A stretch of DNA of 64,000 nt, taken from positions 38,750,001 through 38,814,000 of the forward strand of contig OZ024753.1 of the NCBI GenBank assembly GCA_964016885.1, read 5' to 3'. This stretch comes from Eledone cirrhosa (Eukaryota). Below, piece after piece: positions 44,097 through 60,837 of the stretch. Numbering within the stretch: the first letter of the stretch is position 1; the number at the start of each line of letters is the position of its first letter. The notes under the pieces are model-generated. The model worked only from the letters and a program-made list of their open reading frames with translations. It did not search any database and was not told the DNA's origin. The position numbers and the translations under genes were made by a program.

Positions 44097-44224
44097 AAAA
44101 AGTATGACCCCAACGGCAGAGCTCAAGCCATTTCGACGGCTATTTCAGGATTCTACTACCTTAAGTATTGAGTACTCTGGTGCGTTATGGTCCATTTGGT
44201 TCCTTACCACATTTCCTTTGTTGT

Positions 44225-44336
<112 letters not shown>

Positions 44337-44789
44337 TATATATATATATTTAGTTATGTAATAAACAACATAAGATAATTATTTCATTTACCAGTGGTTT
44401 CTTGAAAGCAGATGTATCTGTTTTCAGTCGTCAGAATTGACGACTGAAAACGGAAATATCTGCTTTCAAAAAACCACTGGTAAATGAAATAATTATCTTA
44501 TGTTGTTTATTACATAACTAATAAGCTCTGTAGCCTACATTGAGCACTCTTTTTTCCTGTACCTTTCCGACGGAATTACTTCATTTATATATATAGAGAG
44601 TTCAGGCGTCTCTATCTAATATAGTCACACTCTACTATCCTAAGTATCGAGTACTATGTTGAACAATGTTCTAACTAGTTTAACACTGGTTTAATACTGA
44701 TATATATATATTGTTATATTTTTGAGCGGTCATGTGGCCAATAAAATCTTACAGAACAAATAAAAAAGGAACTATATATATATATATTC

Positions 44790-45004
44790 CTAACGATCGA
44801 CTTTCGTCAAATCGGACCGAGGAAACAGTGTTTCCATTGGTCTTTCCAATTGCTAATACTATCTATCGGTCGCAACTCCAGGTAGAAGGAGCAACGTGAA
44901 ATAAAGTGTCTTGCTGAAGGACATAATGCATCGCCCGGTCCAGGAATCGAACTCACAACTTCACGATTGCGAATCCAGTTCTCTAACCACTCAGCCACAC
45001 GCCT
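44790..45004 (-). mobile_element. tRNA-derived CORE-type SINE, full length; 5'-truncated copies 14825-14973 + and 34228-34342 +
   Basis: A-box TGGCTGAGTGG, B-box GAGTTCGATTC, CORE-like GTCCTT.AGCAAGACACTTTATTTCACGTTGCTCC, shared tail GTTGCGACCGATAGATAG...GTCCGATTTGACGAA.GTCGATC. Confidence 0.85.
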
Positions 45005-45202
<198 letters not shown>

Positions 45203-45395
45203 TTTTATTTTATTTAACATCATCTCGTCTTTCTTCTTTCGCCTGATTTTCTCACTGTAGAGATTCTTCTCTCACGCCTACTCTTTCCATTACACACACA
45301 CACACACACTCATATATATATGTATATATATATATATATAATATATATACATATATATATATGTTTGTGTGTGTATCTATATTACGAGAATATAT

Positions 45396-45456
<61 letters not shown>

Positions 45457-45504
45457 ACATGTGTGTGTGTGTGTGTATCTATGTCATGAAAATATATCGT
45501 ACAT

Positions 45505-45550
<46 letters not shown>

Positions 45551-46545
45551 TCATATCACTACAGTGATAATAACTGTTTCTACTTTAGGCACAAGGCCAG
45601 CAATTACCCAGTGCATTACTGGTACTTTATTTTATCGACTCCGTAAGGACGAAAGGCAAAGTCAATCTCGGCGGGATTTGAACTCAGATCGTAAAGGGAC
45701 GTAACTATGCTGGAAAGCATGGGGTCCGACCCTCTACCGATACTGCCAATCCACCGGTGATAATAGCGTTATAAAATCGTCTGTCGTTTGACGTTGTGAG
45801 TAACACGATTACCCAGTATTCAGGAGATTCAATATTCGATTATCTCCCGTGCTTGCTAGCCACTTATTTCTATCCATCAGTATATTTGGCTCAAATTTCT
45901 CTCATAAAAGCCAACTACAAAAATACTTATATAAAATACTTTAAAATAAACAATTTCGTACATTAAAGCCAAGGGCAGTTTATGTTAGTTTGGTATTGAA
46001 AGCAGACCTGTCAACTCTTCCCGTCCGATGGGAAGATCTTCCACCCAATTTGGAATGGGTTAGAGATGACTTCTCTTGTGAAAATGGGTATAGCTTTCAT
46101 TACGTAAAATCTCCCCATTTTGCCTCATTTCTCTCTGTTTTGGGTCATTTTGTTTCATGGTACTACCCGTTTGGGTCTTTAGAGGTTAGCAGATCTGTGA
46201 AAGGGTTAAAGACTAGGCAGCTATTGAGGGCGCTAAATACACAAGAACAAGCGCTCACATTAAGTTCAACAAAGCAGTAAGCTAAGGTGCAAATACCCAG
46301 GTGTCGGCATTGAGTATAACACTCAGTCTAACAAAGTAAAGTAGATTCACAGCTTAATTAAAGGAAAATTGTGTTGTTTTGTAGCTTGGTTTGAAGTAAC
46401 GAGGTTCTTGGTTCAGTCTAGATAGGCAATATTTTAGGCAAGCCTCTTTTACTATAACACCAAGCTGGTCGATGTTTCGTAAGTGGAATCTGGTCAACAG
46501 AAGCCCGTCGTATCATGATACACATACATGCATAAACACACACGC

Positions 46546-46590
<45 letters not shown>

Positions 46591-46761
46591 ATTTCCGGTT
46601 GGTTGGTTCAATAACCGGATGGTTTTTCCCCCAAATTGTATACACACTTTGATTACCTATACAGGCAATATTTATTAGAATACTGTCCAAGTGTATATAC
46701 ATTTTTTGGGACGACCTGTATTTATATATATATTATGTGTGTGTGTATACCCCCCCCCCCC

Positions 46762-46816
<55 letters not shown>

Positions 46817-46983
46817 TGGTCACTGCGGCCGGTCTATCGGTCGCTGTAATCGATTTGCAAAGCTGTCTAAACGTAATGTTATAACTCTAGGGTAATATGC
46901 CCTATTGAGTGCTTAATTGCACACCGAGACTGAATTCGTTAGCTTGGCTGCAACCAGAGCTTCGTTGATGCTGTACTAAATTT

Positions 46984-47055
<72 letters not shown>

Positions 47056-47775
47056 TATAGGTGCCGATATAACAGATTAAAGCAAAGCGTTGCTCCACCG
47101 TGGTCGCAGTCTACTTACTGACTGTTGTTGGAAAACATGCTTACTATTTGGAAAAATATAAATTAAATGTAAGTGGGTATATTTCTATACATATGTCTAT
47201 GTTTTGATTTTAATTTTATGTTCTCACCATTAGACAAAGTGAAGTTTTTAACACATATATAATTATTTCAGTGAAATTTCAACAATATAAACCGCATGTA
47301 TTTATAGATATATTTATGCATGCATGTTCCAGGTTTCGATGATATATTTCTGTTTTTATTTAAGCATGCATATATATAATTGTTTCTACTTTTGGCACAA
47401 TGCCAGCAATTATCCCAGTGTATAACTGGTACTTTATTTTATCGACCCCCGTAAGGGTGAAAGGCAAAGTTAACCTCGGCAGGATTTGAATTTAGACCAT
47501 AAAGGGCCGTAACTCTTTGCTGCAAAGCATAGCGTCCAAACCCTCTACCGATACTGCCAATCCACCACCCTATGCATACATATAATGCATATTAACATGC
47601 CAATATGAGTGTTTGTGTGCACAGGTCGGTCGCAGGGTTAAATACCCAGGTACTGGCGGTGCTGCAGTAAAGCGATAAAAGTGTTTTGATCGACGATACT
47701 ACTTAGCGTTCTGTCCAGGAATCGAACCCACGACATTATGATCGTAACTCCTAAACTTTAACCACAACCACTAGG

Positions 47776-47855
<80 letters not shown>

Positions 47856-47862
47856 ATATATA

Positions 47863-47898
<36 letters not shown>

Positions 47899-47921
47899 GT
47901 ATATATATATATGTATATATG

Positions 47922-47991
<70 letters not shown>

Positions 47992-47999
47992 CATATATG

Positions 48000-48421
<422 letters not shown>

Positions 48422-49388
48422 TATATATATGTATATATTTGTATATATATATATATATATGTATATATAAATATATATATAGTATATATATGTATATTAT
48501 TTCTCCAATTTCGTGTGAGTTGTCTCAATGTGTGTATATGTCTATGAACGTACACACATCCATATATATATACACACATCCGTATATACACACATTCGTA
48601 TATACGTACATATGTACGTATACATGCAAATGTTGTATGTAACTGAAAGAAAAGAGAGCATTCACCACATATCGTAGGGTTTTTAACAATTCATTTACTT
48701 GAAAAATAAAGCTTCACTTAAGATTAGCATATGAGTATAAACGACTGATATATACCATTATAGCTTTATTGAGTTTAATGTTTTTCCCCTCTTTAACTTG
48801 GATAGAAACCATCAAATGACGGTTGTGTCTGTATGCAAATTTGCATAAATTTTTACAATCCTATTATGTTGTTTATTGTTTGTGTTTCCCATACGCTAAA
48901 GAATTCAGTTTTATTTTTGTTCTATAGACACCCCCTGTTTATGCTAATTCTTAGTACGAAATCTCCCATGTCATTCATGTAAGAGTCACATGCTTACTGT
49001 GGTTCTTTTCCTTGCTTTCTTTCTGAAGATTGTCCGAACTAACATTGGTAAAGTCTTTCAGCATACATTATATATGCGAAAAATAAATGCGTACGTATGT
49101 TTGTCCAACTTCTTCGCTCCGTAACTAGCCGAGTTTATATTGTTCTATGCACTAACGCACTCTTAAGATTTAGTTTGTTTTACCTATAAATGCGGTGGAA
49201 GAATAGATTTTGGTTTGGGTTTACCACCCTTCTACATAAAGGTAGTGTAAAGCAGAGAAACTATTTCTCTCTCTCTATATATATATACAGGGTATATATA
49301 TACACACATATACACGCATATATGTTAGTGCGCAATAGCCGTATGCTGAGACATCGAATGATGATGACATATGTACACGTGTGTTTGC

Positions 49389-49455
<67 letters not shown>

Positions 49456-49456
49456 C

Positions 49457-49499
<43 letters not shown>

Positions 49500-49500
<1 letters not shown>

Positions 49501-49680
49501 GTAATAATAATAAATTTGAAGACTAAAATCGAAAGAGGGCTCGATAAGAATAAATATATATCAAATATATAAGAACCGTAGAGCAAATATTTATTAAAAT
49601 AACAGATTAAGTTTATGCAAAGAATCGTTAAGGGTGAAAGCACCGATTCTTTGCTTAAACTTTAATCAGTTATTTTAATA
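49500..49680. mobile_element. PLE-like end (family C) with inversion; other copies 164-350 and 15100-15242
   Basis: Shared AAATTTGAAGACTAAAATC.AAAGAGGGCTC and AAGGGTGAAAGCA.CGATTCTTTGCTTAAAC blocks in opposite orientation. Confidence 0.72.
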
Positions 49681-49749
49681 TATATATATATACATATTAT
49701 ATATAATATATAAAAGGCTTCTACAGGACTAGAACTGTTTCAAGCCCTG

Positions 49750-49800
49750 GGCTTCCTGATGATTTCTCCCGAATGATACCATTCTAGTCCTGTAGAAGCC
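49750..49800 (+). ncRNA. Degenerate hammerhead (family B)
   Basis: GGCUUC CUGAUGA ... GAUA(mutated) ... CUGUA GAAGCC. Confidence 0.65.
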
Positions 49801-49882
49801 TTTTCTATACTAAATATTTATACTCTGCTTTGTATTGAGTACCTTACTTACTGTGGTTACCCCCGATTGAACCCGGGATAAA

Positions 49883-49946
<64 letters not shown>

Positions 49947-50216
49947 GTATATACAGTATATATAGATGTATAATATATAGTTCAAGAGAAAAAAGAGGAA
50001 CACAGCGACGCAATACCACAAAATCTTATTAGTTTCACGCTTGTTTGGAAAGAAGATAAATAAATGTATGAACGTATGAGACGTTAGACTTTCATGAAGA
50101 AAGACAGACCAAAATTCTGAGAAACATGAGGCAAGAAAGTAAAATAAAGAAGCTTTTTTAAAGCTGGGTGAGGAGGGTAGGTGGGTTGTCTGGTGTGAAC
50201 GGTGGGCGCCTAGGTA

Positions 50217-50266
<50 letters not shown>

Positions 50267-50269
<3 letters not shown>

Positions 50270-50468
50270 GAGGGTCAGCTGAAATGTTCTTAGGCTGACC
50301 AAGATACTCTAAGTGAATGACCAAATAAGGTTTATTTTTTAACAAAGACCCTGAAAAGAAACAAGGCAGTTATAAATAAGAAGAGTTGAAATTAATGCAT
50401 GCAAGATTTCACAGCTCTAGCATCACTCCTTCATCGTCAGCCTATGAACTTCTCAGTCTTGCCTTCTG
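50267..50468 (+). mobile_element. Mariner-type MITE (single unit)
   Basis: Left ACGAGGG..GCTGAAA.GTTC.TAGGCTGAC; right GTCAGCCTATGAACTT.TCAG. Confidence 0.7.
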
Positions 50469-50489
50469 TTGCAATCCTTGATATATATA

Positions 50490-50692
50490 TAAGATAAGTT
50501 TATCCCGGTTTCAATCGGGGGTAACTACAGTAAGTAAGGTACTCAATACATAGCAGAGTATAAATATTTAATATAGAAATGGCTTCTATAGGACTAGAAC
50601 TGTTTCTTTCCGGAGAAATCATCAGGAAGCCCAAAATGATTTCTCCCGAATGAAACAGTTCTAGTCCTTTAGAAGCAATTTCTATATTAAAT
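50490..50692 (-). mobile_element. PLE-like end (family B) with inversion; other copies 4440-4584, 49710-49884, fragment 43617-43660
   Basis: HHR followed by the tail TACTCTGC...GTATTGAGTACCTTACTTACTGT.GTTA.CCCCGA..GAA.CCGGGA joining (TA)n. Confidence 0.78.
50581..50631 (-). ncRNA. Type I hammerhead (family B)
   Basis: Minus: GGCUUC CUGAUGA UUUC-UCCG-GAAA GAAA CAG...CUA UA GAAGCC; one helix III mismatch. Confidence 0.78.
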
Positions 50693-50709
50693 ATATATAT
50701 GTATGTGTG

Positions 50710-50754
<45 letters not shown>

Positions 50755-51306
50755 TTTGATGTACAGATAGATAGAATACTAGATATATAGAAATATAGGA
50801 GGAGACTGTGGTAACGTTAGTACAGAAACTTTACATAGTTTACATCGCATTTAAGAGAATTTTGAACATAACCAAAACACTTTCGTTCTTTGAATTTTTG
50901 TTAAAAAAAAAATATGATCTATATGAAATGACAATAAAAACAAATGGTATGGCTGGAGCTAGAATGATATATATTCTTTATATATGAAAGTAATATGCTC
51001 TGAAATTGAAGTTTAATAAAATATTTTGTATGAAAATAGCAAGTAATTAATTGTTAATGGTTTAATAACCTGGTAATGGCTTTCATTTTTGTTCTGAAAG
51101 AGTTTTTGTTGTGACAATTTGGCGACAAGACATTACACAAAACAGTGGCTCGTTAGCCAAATAAATTTATATGCAGACAATAAAACACATCAAATATGCG
51201 GGAAAAGTGTTCAGATATTTATATACACAAACAGACATTTACATACGTATATGCACGTACATGTATATATACATACATAAATACAAATATATATATACAT
51301 ACATAA

Positions 51307-51338
<32 letters not shown>

Positions 51339-51377
51339 TTATATACATACACACATACACACACACACACACAAATG

Positions 51378-51414
<37 letters not shown>

Positions 51415-51572
51415 TCCTTTGTGTGCTGTTTCTTTATGTCGGTCTTTTTAATGTAAAATATATGATGTATACGCTGATATAAACATATACTTGAATATAT
51501 ATACTTAAATATATATAAACACAAATATGTATATACGTATGCATATACACACGTACGCACACACACAAACAA

Positions 51573-51673
<101 letters not shown>

Positions 51674-51858
51674 TATATATATTTATCGGGGTAGATAATG
51701 TACAACTATTTCATCACATTATGGTCTTAAGTCCAACACAGAAATTGTGGCACATATATAAATTTATATATATATATATATATATAAAGAAAAAGGGATG
51801 AAATCGAAAATGCAACTGATGTCTTATTTTTTTAAAAAATATATATATTTATTTGGTT

Positions 51859-51896
51859 CCTTTACCGGTTTCGCAGTTCTTCTGCTTTTCAAAAGG
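51859..51896 (-). ncRNA. Type I hammerhead, U3-A8 core variant (family F)
   Basis: Minus: CCUU UUGAAAA GCAG-AAGAA-CUGC GAAA CCGG UA AAGG, then AAUAAA. Confidence 0.72.
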
Positions 51897-51927
51897 TGAG
51901 TTGAGATGGAGGGTCTGTGGTTTTTCT

Positions 51928-51977
<50 letters not shown>

Positions 51978-52549
51978 TATTGAAGTTTGCTTGAAGCATT
52001 GTGGAATAATAAGGTAAATTTCTTTGTGTCGTTTGGAAGCCTCGACAATGCAAATGGGTAAATCTCCGGGTAACAAGATCCGGTGGTGGAGAGAGAGATG
52101 TAAGTGGGGGTACGTTGAGATGCGTGGCGTGTATAAGACGTGTAGAGGAATGAAGGAAAGAGCATAAAGGATAAAATAAAAAATAAAAAATATATATATA
52201 TATGTGTGTGTGTAGAACTTTAGATGGAATGTTCCAGGGCTCTCTGCGCTCTCTGAGTTTAAATGCCACCAAGACCAATTTTGGCTTTCGTCCCTTTGCG
52301 GTCACTGATAAGTACCAGTCTTGTACTGGTGTCGATTCTCACTCATTCCTTTTCTCCTCCTCTGAAAGAAACCAGCAACGTTCAATCCGTGATAGGTATG
52401 GGCTCCTCTAGGTTTAAAATAGTTATGAAATGGCGTATATTACTACAGCGCACCTACGACTCCACAAAGCGATACCGATCAATATCGATCAATACAGAGT
52501 CAAATCACACATCATTCTTCCAAATAGAACAGTTTCAATACCATCAATA

Positions 52550-52680
52550 TATACCCTCAGTGCTCCTGTGGGAGCCCCTGCACGGACACACTAGAAGAGG
52601 GAGACCGAGGTTGAAATATGTTGATGCCCTTAAGGACAGACACCCGTCTCCTGGAGATCAAGACATGACAGCGATGATAG
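52550..52680 (+). mobile_element. RTE-clade LINE C-terminal fragment
   Basis: Peptide SVLLWEPLHGHTRRGRPRLKYVDALKD matches the W.P..G.R.RGRP motif typical of RTE ORF ends. Confidence 0.7.
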
Positions 52681-52691
52681 GTAGATAGATA

Positions 52692-53185
52692 GATTTCTTT
52701 ATTAGCCACAAGGGCGCAACAAGAAAGGGGACAATACAAAGACATGCCGGGGATTTTACATACAGTCGTGTAAAAAATATAAAAACAAACAATTTCAACA
52801 ATCGAAATCCCCAATAGGGGGGAGGCGCCACAAATGGGTTGTTTAATACCCCGTCGATAGAACAACCCTCAACTCAAGGAGCGTGTTGTGCAAGTGCTTC
52901 TTTCTTCCTTTTGCTCTCTTCCTCAACCTACAGGCTTATAAACAGAGAAGGCCCAACACTCGGGCCATTTTCGCTTCATTCACCCACCTTTAAGTAAATT
53001 TACTGGGGTGCAGTGCCTCTCTCTCCACCCTGATTCTCCTTCTAAAGTGATACTTAAAGAATGGAATCAATTGTTGTCCGGAGAGAAAGGCATCTGTCCT
53101 CAGTCCTCTCAACCTCGTCCACCATATAACTTCTTTCACCATAGCCACCGTACAGAGGAAAACCGCCTCTCTTTCGTTTTTGAAA
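52692..53185 (-). mobile_element. 5'-truncated Tx1-like copy (ORF2 C-terminus + 3' UTR), diverged subfamily
   Basis: Minus strand translates as FKNEREAVFLCTVAMVKEVIWWTRLRGLR..., versus FRNEAEAVFLCVIAMMKEVVWWTRLKGLR in the full element. Same 3' end, with (GATA)n on both flanks. Confidence 0.9.
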
Positions 53186-53760
53186 GAGATAGATAGATAG
53201 ATATATGCTTCTTATAGTTTCACCTATTCTATTCAACTCCAAACATATAGTTTAGCATTCCTAGAATAATATAATAAATAGCTCTAAACTAATGTTTTTT
53301 TCCTCTGGCATTAAAACAGAGCCGGTCTCAGTTTTAAAAAAATCATAGGACAGCTTTCAGATTTACGAGCGTTAGTGATCCGGAATTTTTGCACTTTGTC
53401 ACTCCACCAACCACGGAGCTTTCAACATGGTCAACTAATAAATATGGAGCCATTGAGACTGTCAGAGAGCAGCTCACTTCACTATTCCACTATGTCCGTC
53501 CGTCTTTTACAAACTTTAACGTTTGTTTATTTCCTTTCATTATCTTTATTTCTCCCTCTAAACCCACCTCATCCTTAAATTCCTTGCCCCCACCCCCACC
53601 TTCCTTCTAAAAATGTCTCACTTTTTCTCTTTGTCTTTTCCACTAACATACTCTCTCTCTTGTTATATATATATATATATAGTTGTATGGTTGCAAGAAA
53701 ATTGCGTCCGTATTAAATATGTTATGATGCAACACTGAATCCTTATTCCTTATCTTTATA

Positions 53761-53797
<37 letters not shown>

Positions 53798-53819
53798 CAT
53801 ACATCATACATATATACAT

Positions 53820-53862
<43 letters not shown>

Positions 53863-53950
53863 GTTAGGGAAGCAGAAAATTGCTCGTGGTTAAGAAAGCT
53901 ATTTGCCGTATAGCAATATAAGGTTGCACTTACCAACGAAACGTGTTTTC

Positions 53951-53992
<42 letters not shown>

Positions 53993-54140
53993 TCTGAACA
54001 TTCTGAGTCCAAATCCAACCGTGGTTAACTTTGCCTTACGTTATTCTTGGGTAGTTAAATAAAGTTCTGAGTCACTTAGAATATATTTAATCGACTCCCT
54101 TCCTTCCCACTAATTGTTACCATTGTGCCTTTAATTAGAA

Positions 54141-54220
<80 letters not shown>

Positions 54221-54350
54221 TACAGGGTGGTCCAAGAGCCGCGATAGTTTTTAAAAAAAAATCATGTTTTATAAGAAACAATTTACTCAAAATAAATAAA
54301 TATGGAAACTTAAAAATGTCCTATGTATTGCGACTTTTGGACCACTGTAT
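54221..54350. mobile_element. Tc1/mariner-type MITE, ~130 bp
   Basis: TACAGGGTGGTCCAAGAGCCGCGATA ... TATTGCGACTTTTGGACCACTGTA imperfect TIRs with TA flanks. Confidence 0.7.
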
Positions 54351-55849
54351 ATACAAAACATAAACGGAAATAACGAACAAAACAACACAATTAAGGTCGG
54401 TGGCTGGACTGAACCCAGGAACTACGTGGTGGAAAAGCGAACCCCTTAACCACACAGCCACACCTGCAACTATTAGTATTTTTGCTTTAAAATATATTTT
54501 TGGAGAACAACATTTCAAGTATCTTCTCTTGAGATGCGATCTCAGAAAGTATAATTATGAGATTATATGCGGTAAAAATACAACAAAACAAACATACAAA
54601 CAACACATCTTTAGTTGGACATTCAACTAAGTCTACAAACTCCCTGTCTTTCTACTTTAGATTCTCGTGTCAAAAGTGACGAGAAGATGTAAATATTAGT
54701 CAGCAAATTGCTCTGAATATCAGACGAGGTAATTTATTCATCAGAACATTCAATATTATTATGTTCATGCTAATTTTATCTGTGATGCCCCGATATAAAT
54801 TCTCATTATTAACAACACATTTTCCCAGCCTAGCGTTAAACTTCCATACAACCCACCATTGTTAATCGCTTGAGTAGTAACTAAACTGCGGGGCACATTG
54901 ACGATATGGTTCGAAAACAGAAAGCTAAACAATGTCTAAGATTATAATATAATATTTTATATTCGTTTTATATTGTTTTTCTGCTCAATAAACCCTAAGA
55001 TATTCTCCTCTGCAAGTGTAGTTTGAAGGGATGAAAAAGATGTATTCTCGCAGAAGAGGTGCTATTAATATTTCTAATGGCTGTTAGATAGATATTCAAG
55101 AGAGAATCTATCTAGATAGATAGCTAACTGTATCATCAGCGTAGTTTTACGCTAGAGTATGTAATCATTTGGGCGGCCACCCAATAATGACCACCGACTT
55201 CGAAAACTATCTGTTGTACATCGTACTGAACTTTACCACATTCTGCATTAATATTTATAATTTCAGCTACGGGAAGCCAATGCTTGGTCCCTATAATGTC
55301 GGTTTCTACTGTCAAGTAGAAGTGCCCTAATCAATGAAAGGTCTCTGATAATATCCTTTTCGTAATGTTGTAATTTACAGCTGTGGATGACGTCCGGCCA
55401 AAATATTCTTCAGACAATACTAAGTAAAAAAAAAAATCTATACTCATTAGCATATATTAACTAACCCTTTGTAAAATTACTTTCATTAAACTATAAGTGA
55501 GCGTTGTTCTATCTATTAACGAAAATTTCTATGTTGTTAAACAACTGTTCACGTTTGCCACAATAGAATAATTAACTTTGCTGCTTATGTAATATTGTCG
55601 CAAAAAAGCGAGTGAATAAAATATTGCCAATGGTTCGTTTCTGAACGCAAACACTAACTGGTTAAGATAAGTATCCACCGTTGGTTCACTCGACTTACAT
55701 ATGAATTGGGAACAAGTCTCGACAGAGCAAGCTCCTGTTTTCAGCGCTCTAGTCTAGCCAGAAAATGTGTGCTCACCTCTTCGTATTCGAACATAGACAC
55801 TAACTGGTTAAAAGTTATCCACCGCTGGTACAATCGACTTACATGTGAA

Positions 55850-55901
<52 letters not shown>

Positions 55902-55902
55902 T

Positions 55903-55944
<42 letters not shown>

Positions 55945-55948
55945 GTAG

Positions 55949-55997
<49 letters not shown>

Positions 55998-56050
55998 TAT
56001 ATATTTATATATATATATACATATATATAAATATACATATATATATATAA

Positions 56051-56150
<100 letters not shown>

Positions 56151-56184
56151 AAATATATATATTTATATATATACATATATATAA

Positions 56185-56242
<58 letters not shown>

Positions 56243-57326
56243 ATGTGTGTGTCCATGTGTGTGTGTGGGCGGGTATGTGTGTATTCAGACTATTTCCAAA
56301 GTAGTGTATGCTTTAGTTAATCGCTTAAATTTATCTTTATTTTCAATCAGACTGGACTTTGTTAAGGAACAATTATAGGTAATTATGACGTATTTTAGGG
56401 TTGTCTTCAATAACACTATCGCATTTATCTCCCCTTTCTCAATTTTATTATTTTTTTATTTTACTCATACCTTTTTATTTAGATTTTTTGTGCTTTGTTT
56501 TTTTTGTTGTTGTTTGTTGTCGTTTTTTTTTTGTGTGTGTATGTTTTTTTTTTTGGTGTGAGTGGGGAAGCAAGTTCTATCATTAATAGTGTAGTGAGGG
56601 CCGGGGAGGTGGTGGTGTTGGTGGCAGAGAGAGAGATGGTGTGGTGTAAAGAACAAGCTGAAGATATAGAGTAAACGGAAGTTAAGTTAGAGAGGGGACT
56701 TAGAGAAAAATTTCCTTTTCCAGGGAATATTCATGATCACGTAGATCGCTGCCTGACTTGGAATGAGTTCTGTACAAGCCAATACCCAATAAAATTTCCG
56801 TGTCATCGAACATATTTAATGGAATTTTCTATATCAGCGTATCGAAGGTAGTGATCCATATAGAACGGGGTGGGGGAGTAGGGTGGACAGAAGTGAAGTG
56901 AAGACCACCTAAACAACAGAAAAAGGTGTAGTATAATACAGCAGCCAAGCTAGATGGGAACTGTAATTATATTCCAAATTGAAGCTGAACGAAAATTGAG
57001 TATTAGTAAAAGGTGAAATAGAAAAAAAAGTGAGAAAAAAAAAAAAAAAAATAATAATAATACTAATAATAATAATGATAGTAAATAAATAAATAAAAAT
57101 TAAATAGTAAATTAATAGAAAAAAGTATTTTAAAAATATCATTAAGTACATAAAAGTTTAACAAAAAAAAAATCTCACAACTTTACCCCCTCCCCCCCTT
57201 CCCACCCCCACACCAAATTATCAAGACAAAACAAGAAAGTCCTACATAACGTTCATTTACAAATATTAAATATATACATCTGTCTCTCTCTCTCTCTCTT
57301 TATATATGTATATATGTATATATATT

Positions 57327-57541
<215 letters not shown>

Positions 57542-57617
57542 CCTCCTCCACTTCCAACAATGGTGAACCTAATATAACTGTGTACAATTGCCTTCTGTGT
57601 TTTGTTTATTCATTTTC

Positions 57618-57775
<158 letters not shown>

Positions 57776-58569
57776 AATGCACACACATAAGCACTTAGAT
57801 ATAGCTTGATTTATATATAAAAAATATGGAATAGAACAGGATAGGATAAGATAGGGTAGAAAAATACAAACGAGACATTTAGAAACCGCCCGTGTGGAAA
57901 GAAAAGACTCACTTACATACGGGAGAAGAAACAGCATGTTAATAATATATCTTTGCTCTTCACCAAACATGAACAGAGGATTATTTGGAGGAAGAAAAAT
58001 TAATAACTTCGATTATCTTTAATATAATATATTTTAGATTCGTTGTGTGAAGTTATGTGGCTTATTACTTAGGGTGTTCGGCTCATGACCCTAAGGTCAT
58101 GAGTTCGAATCCCAGCAAGTGCGTAGTCTTGACTTGAGTAAGATACTTTATTTATTTTAATTTGTTCCTGTCCATTCAACTGGTAAAAATACCAGACATT
58201 CCAGCCTCTAAAAACTCAAAAGTACCATGAAAAGTGTGACCCAAAACGGGGAAAAATGAGGCAAAATTGGGCGATTTTACATAATGAAGAACTTATACCC
58301 ATTTTCACACGAGAAGACATCTCTTATTCACCCAAAAGTGGGTGGGAGATCTCGTCGGACGGAGAGAGTTGACAGGTTTGAAAATAAGTTGTTTCAGTAA
58401 TTCAAAACAGGCAGTCTTGTCACACACAGCATTTCTCTGAATCTTTCTGGAAACTACACGTGCCTGTGGAATGCTCAGCCACTTGCAAGTAAATTTTAAG
58501 GTTAGGCTGATCCGTTTACCGAACAATTAGAACACTCATCGTTGAAAATAACACAGATTCAAGGATATG

Positions 58570-59045
58570 TACGAGGGTAGGTTGAAAAATCCATAGGCTG
58601 ACCAAGATACTCTCATGGAATAACCAAATGAGGTTTATTTTTCAAACAAAGTCCCTGGAAAGGAACGATGCATTCATTTATAAGAAGAATTGAAATCAAT
58701 GCATGCAAGATTTCATAGCTTTAGCATCACTCCTTCATAGGTTGACCAAGATACTCTCATGGAATGACCAAATGAGGTTTATTTTTCAACAAAGTCCCTG
58801 GAAAGGAACGATGCATTCAATAATAAGAAGAATTGAAATAAATGCATGCAAGATTTCATAGCTTTAGCATCACTCCTTCATAGGCTGACCAAGATACACT
58901 CATGGAATGACCAAATGAGGTTTATTTTTCAACATAGTCTCTGGAAAGAAACGATGCATTCAGTAAAAAGAAGAGTTGAAATCAATGCATCCAAGATTTC
59001 ACAGCTCTATCTTCAATCCTTCATAGTCAGCCTATTAACTAACTC
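58570..59045 (+). mobile_element. Same mariner MITE with its interior tandemly triplicated
   Basis: TACGAGGG end; units start at 58593, 58737 and 58880 (143-144 bp); right end GTCAGCCTAT.AACT. Confidence 0.78.
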
Positions 59046-59383
59046 CGGTAGATTTTTAAATTTAAAGACATGCTCTACGTTATGGTGACACCCTTGCTTG
59101 TAGGGTATATCTATTATTCATAGACATACTGCGTACATACATGTGTACATATACACCTTTATTCCCAAGCACGCTGTGTTAGTTCTATCACCAATTAATA
59201 CTCTATTTATCCGCCCTTCAATTTGAAGAACTTTGTATCTAATTAAAATTTCAAACAGCAACAGGGCAATATTTTCTAAAATTACGATGTTTTTTTTTAT
59301 TATAATGAAAAGCTGTCTAAATGGTTATAGTGCTATCTCTTCCAAACATCTGAAACCGAAAATCACGAAGAAAAATAAAATAG

Positions 59384-59690
<307 letters not shown>

Positions 59691-59729
59691 CATATATACA
59701 TATATATACATACACATATATATATATAT

Positions 59730-60042
<313 letters not shown>

Positions 60043-60067
60043 CATATATACATATATATACATACAC

Positions 60068-60143
<76 letters not shown>

Positions 60144-60398
60144 AGAAAACAGCCGAAAAAAAATGTGAAAAGAAATTGTACAAATTTATTTTTTATACAA
60201 TGCATTTTTTTGAAACGAGATTCTCAAAACGACAATCTCGGTCTGCCTATATTTGTCTGTTATATATACTATCTCTCACTGGTAGATGGAGATGGGGAAA
60301 AAATCAATAGGAATTAATGAGATTGAGAAAGAGATGAATATATGCTTGTACTTATATATGTATGTATTTATGTGTGTATGTATTTACCTACATACATA

Positions 60399-60485
<87 letters not shown>

Positions 60486-60646
60486 ATATAAGTATATATA
60501 CTTATATATATATATATATAAGAATATATACTTATATATATATATATACATAAGTATATGATTATGTATATACGTATATAGGTATATGTTTATGTCTATA
60601 TATATAAAAGTATATGTATATATATAAGTATATGTATATATATAAG

Positions 60647-60697
<51 letters not shown>

Positions 60698-60698
60698 G

Positions 60699-60837
<139 letters not shown>

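Noticed and set aside
55652-55850. ~55-bp diverged direct repeat (55652 and 55798)
   Set aside because: Only two copies and no other structure; treated as an ordinary local duplication.
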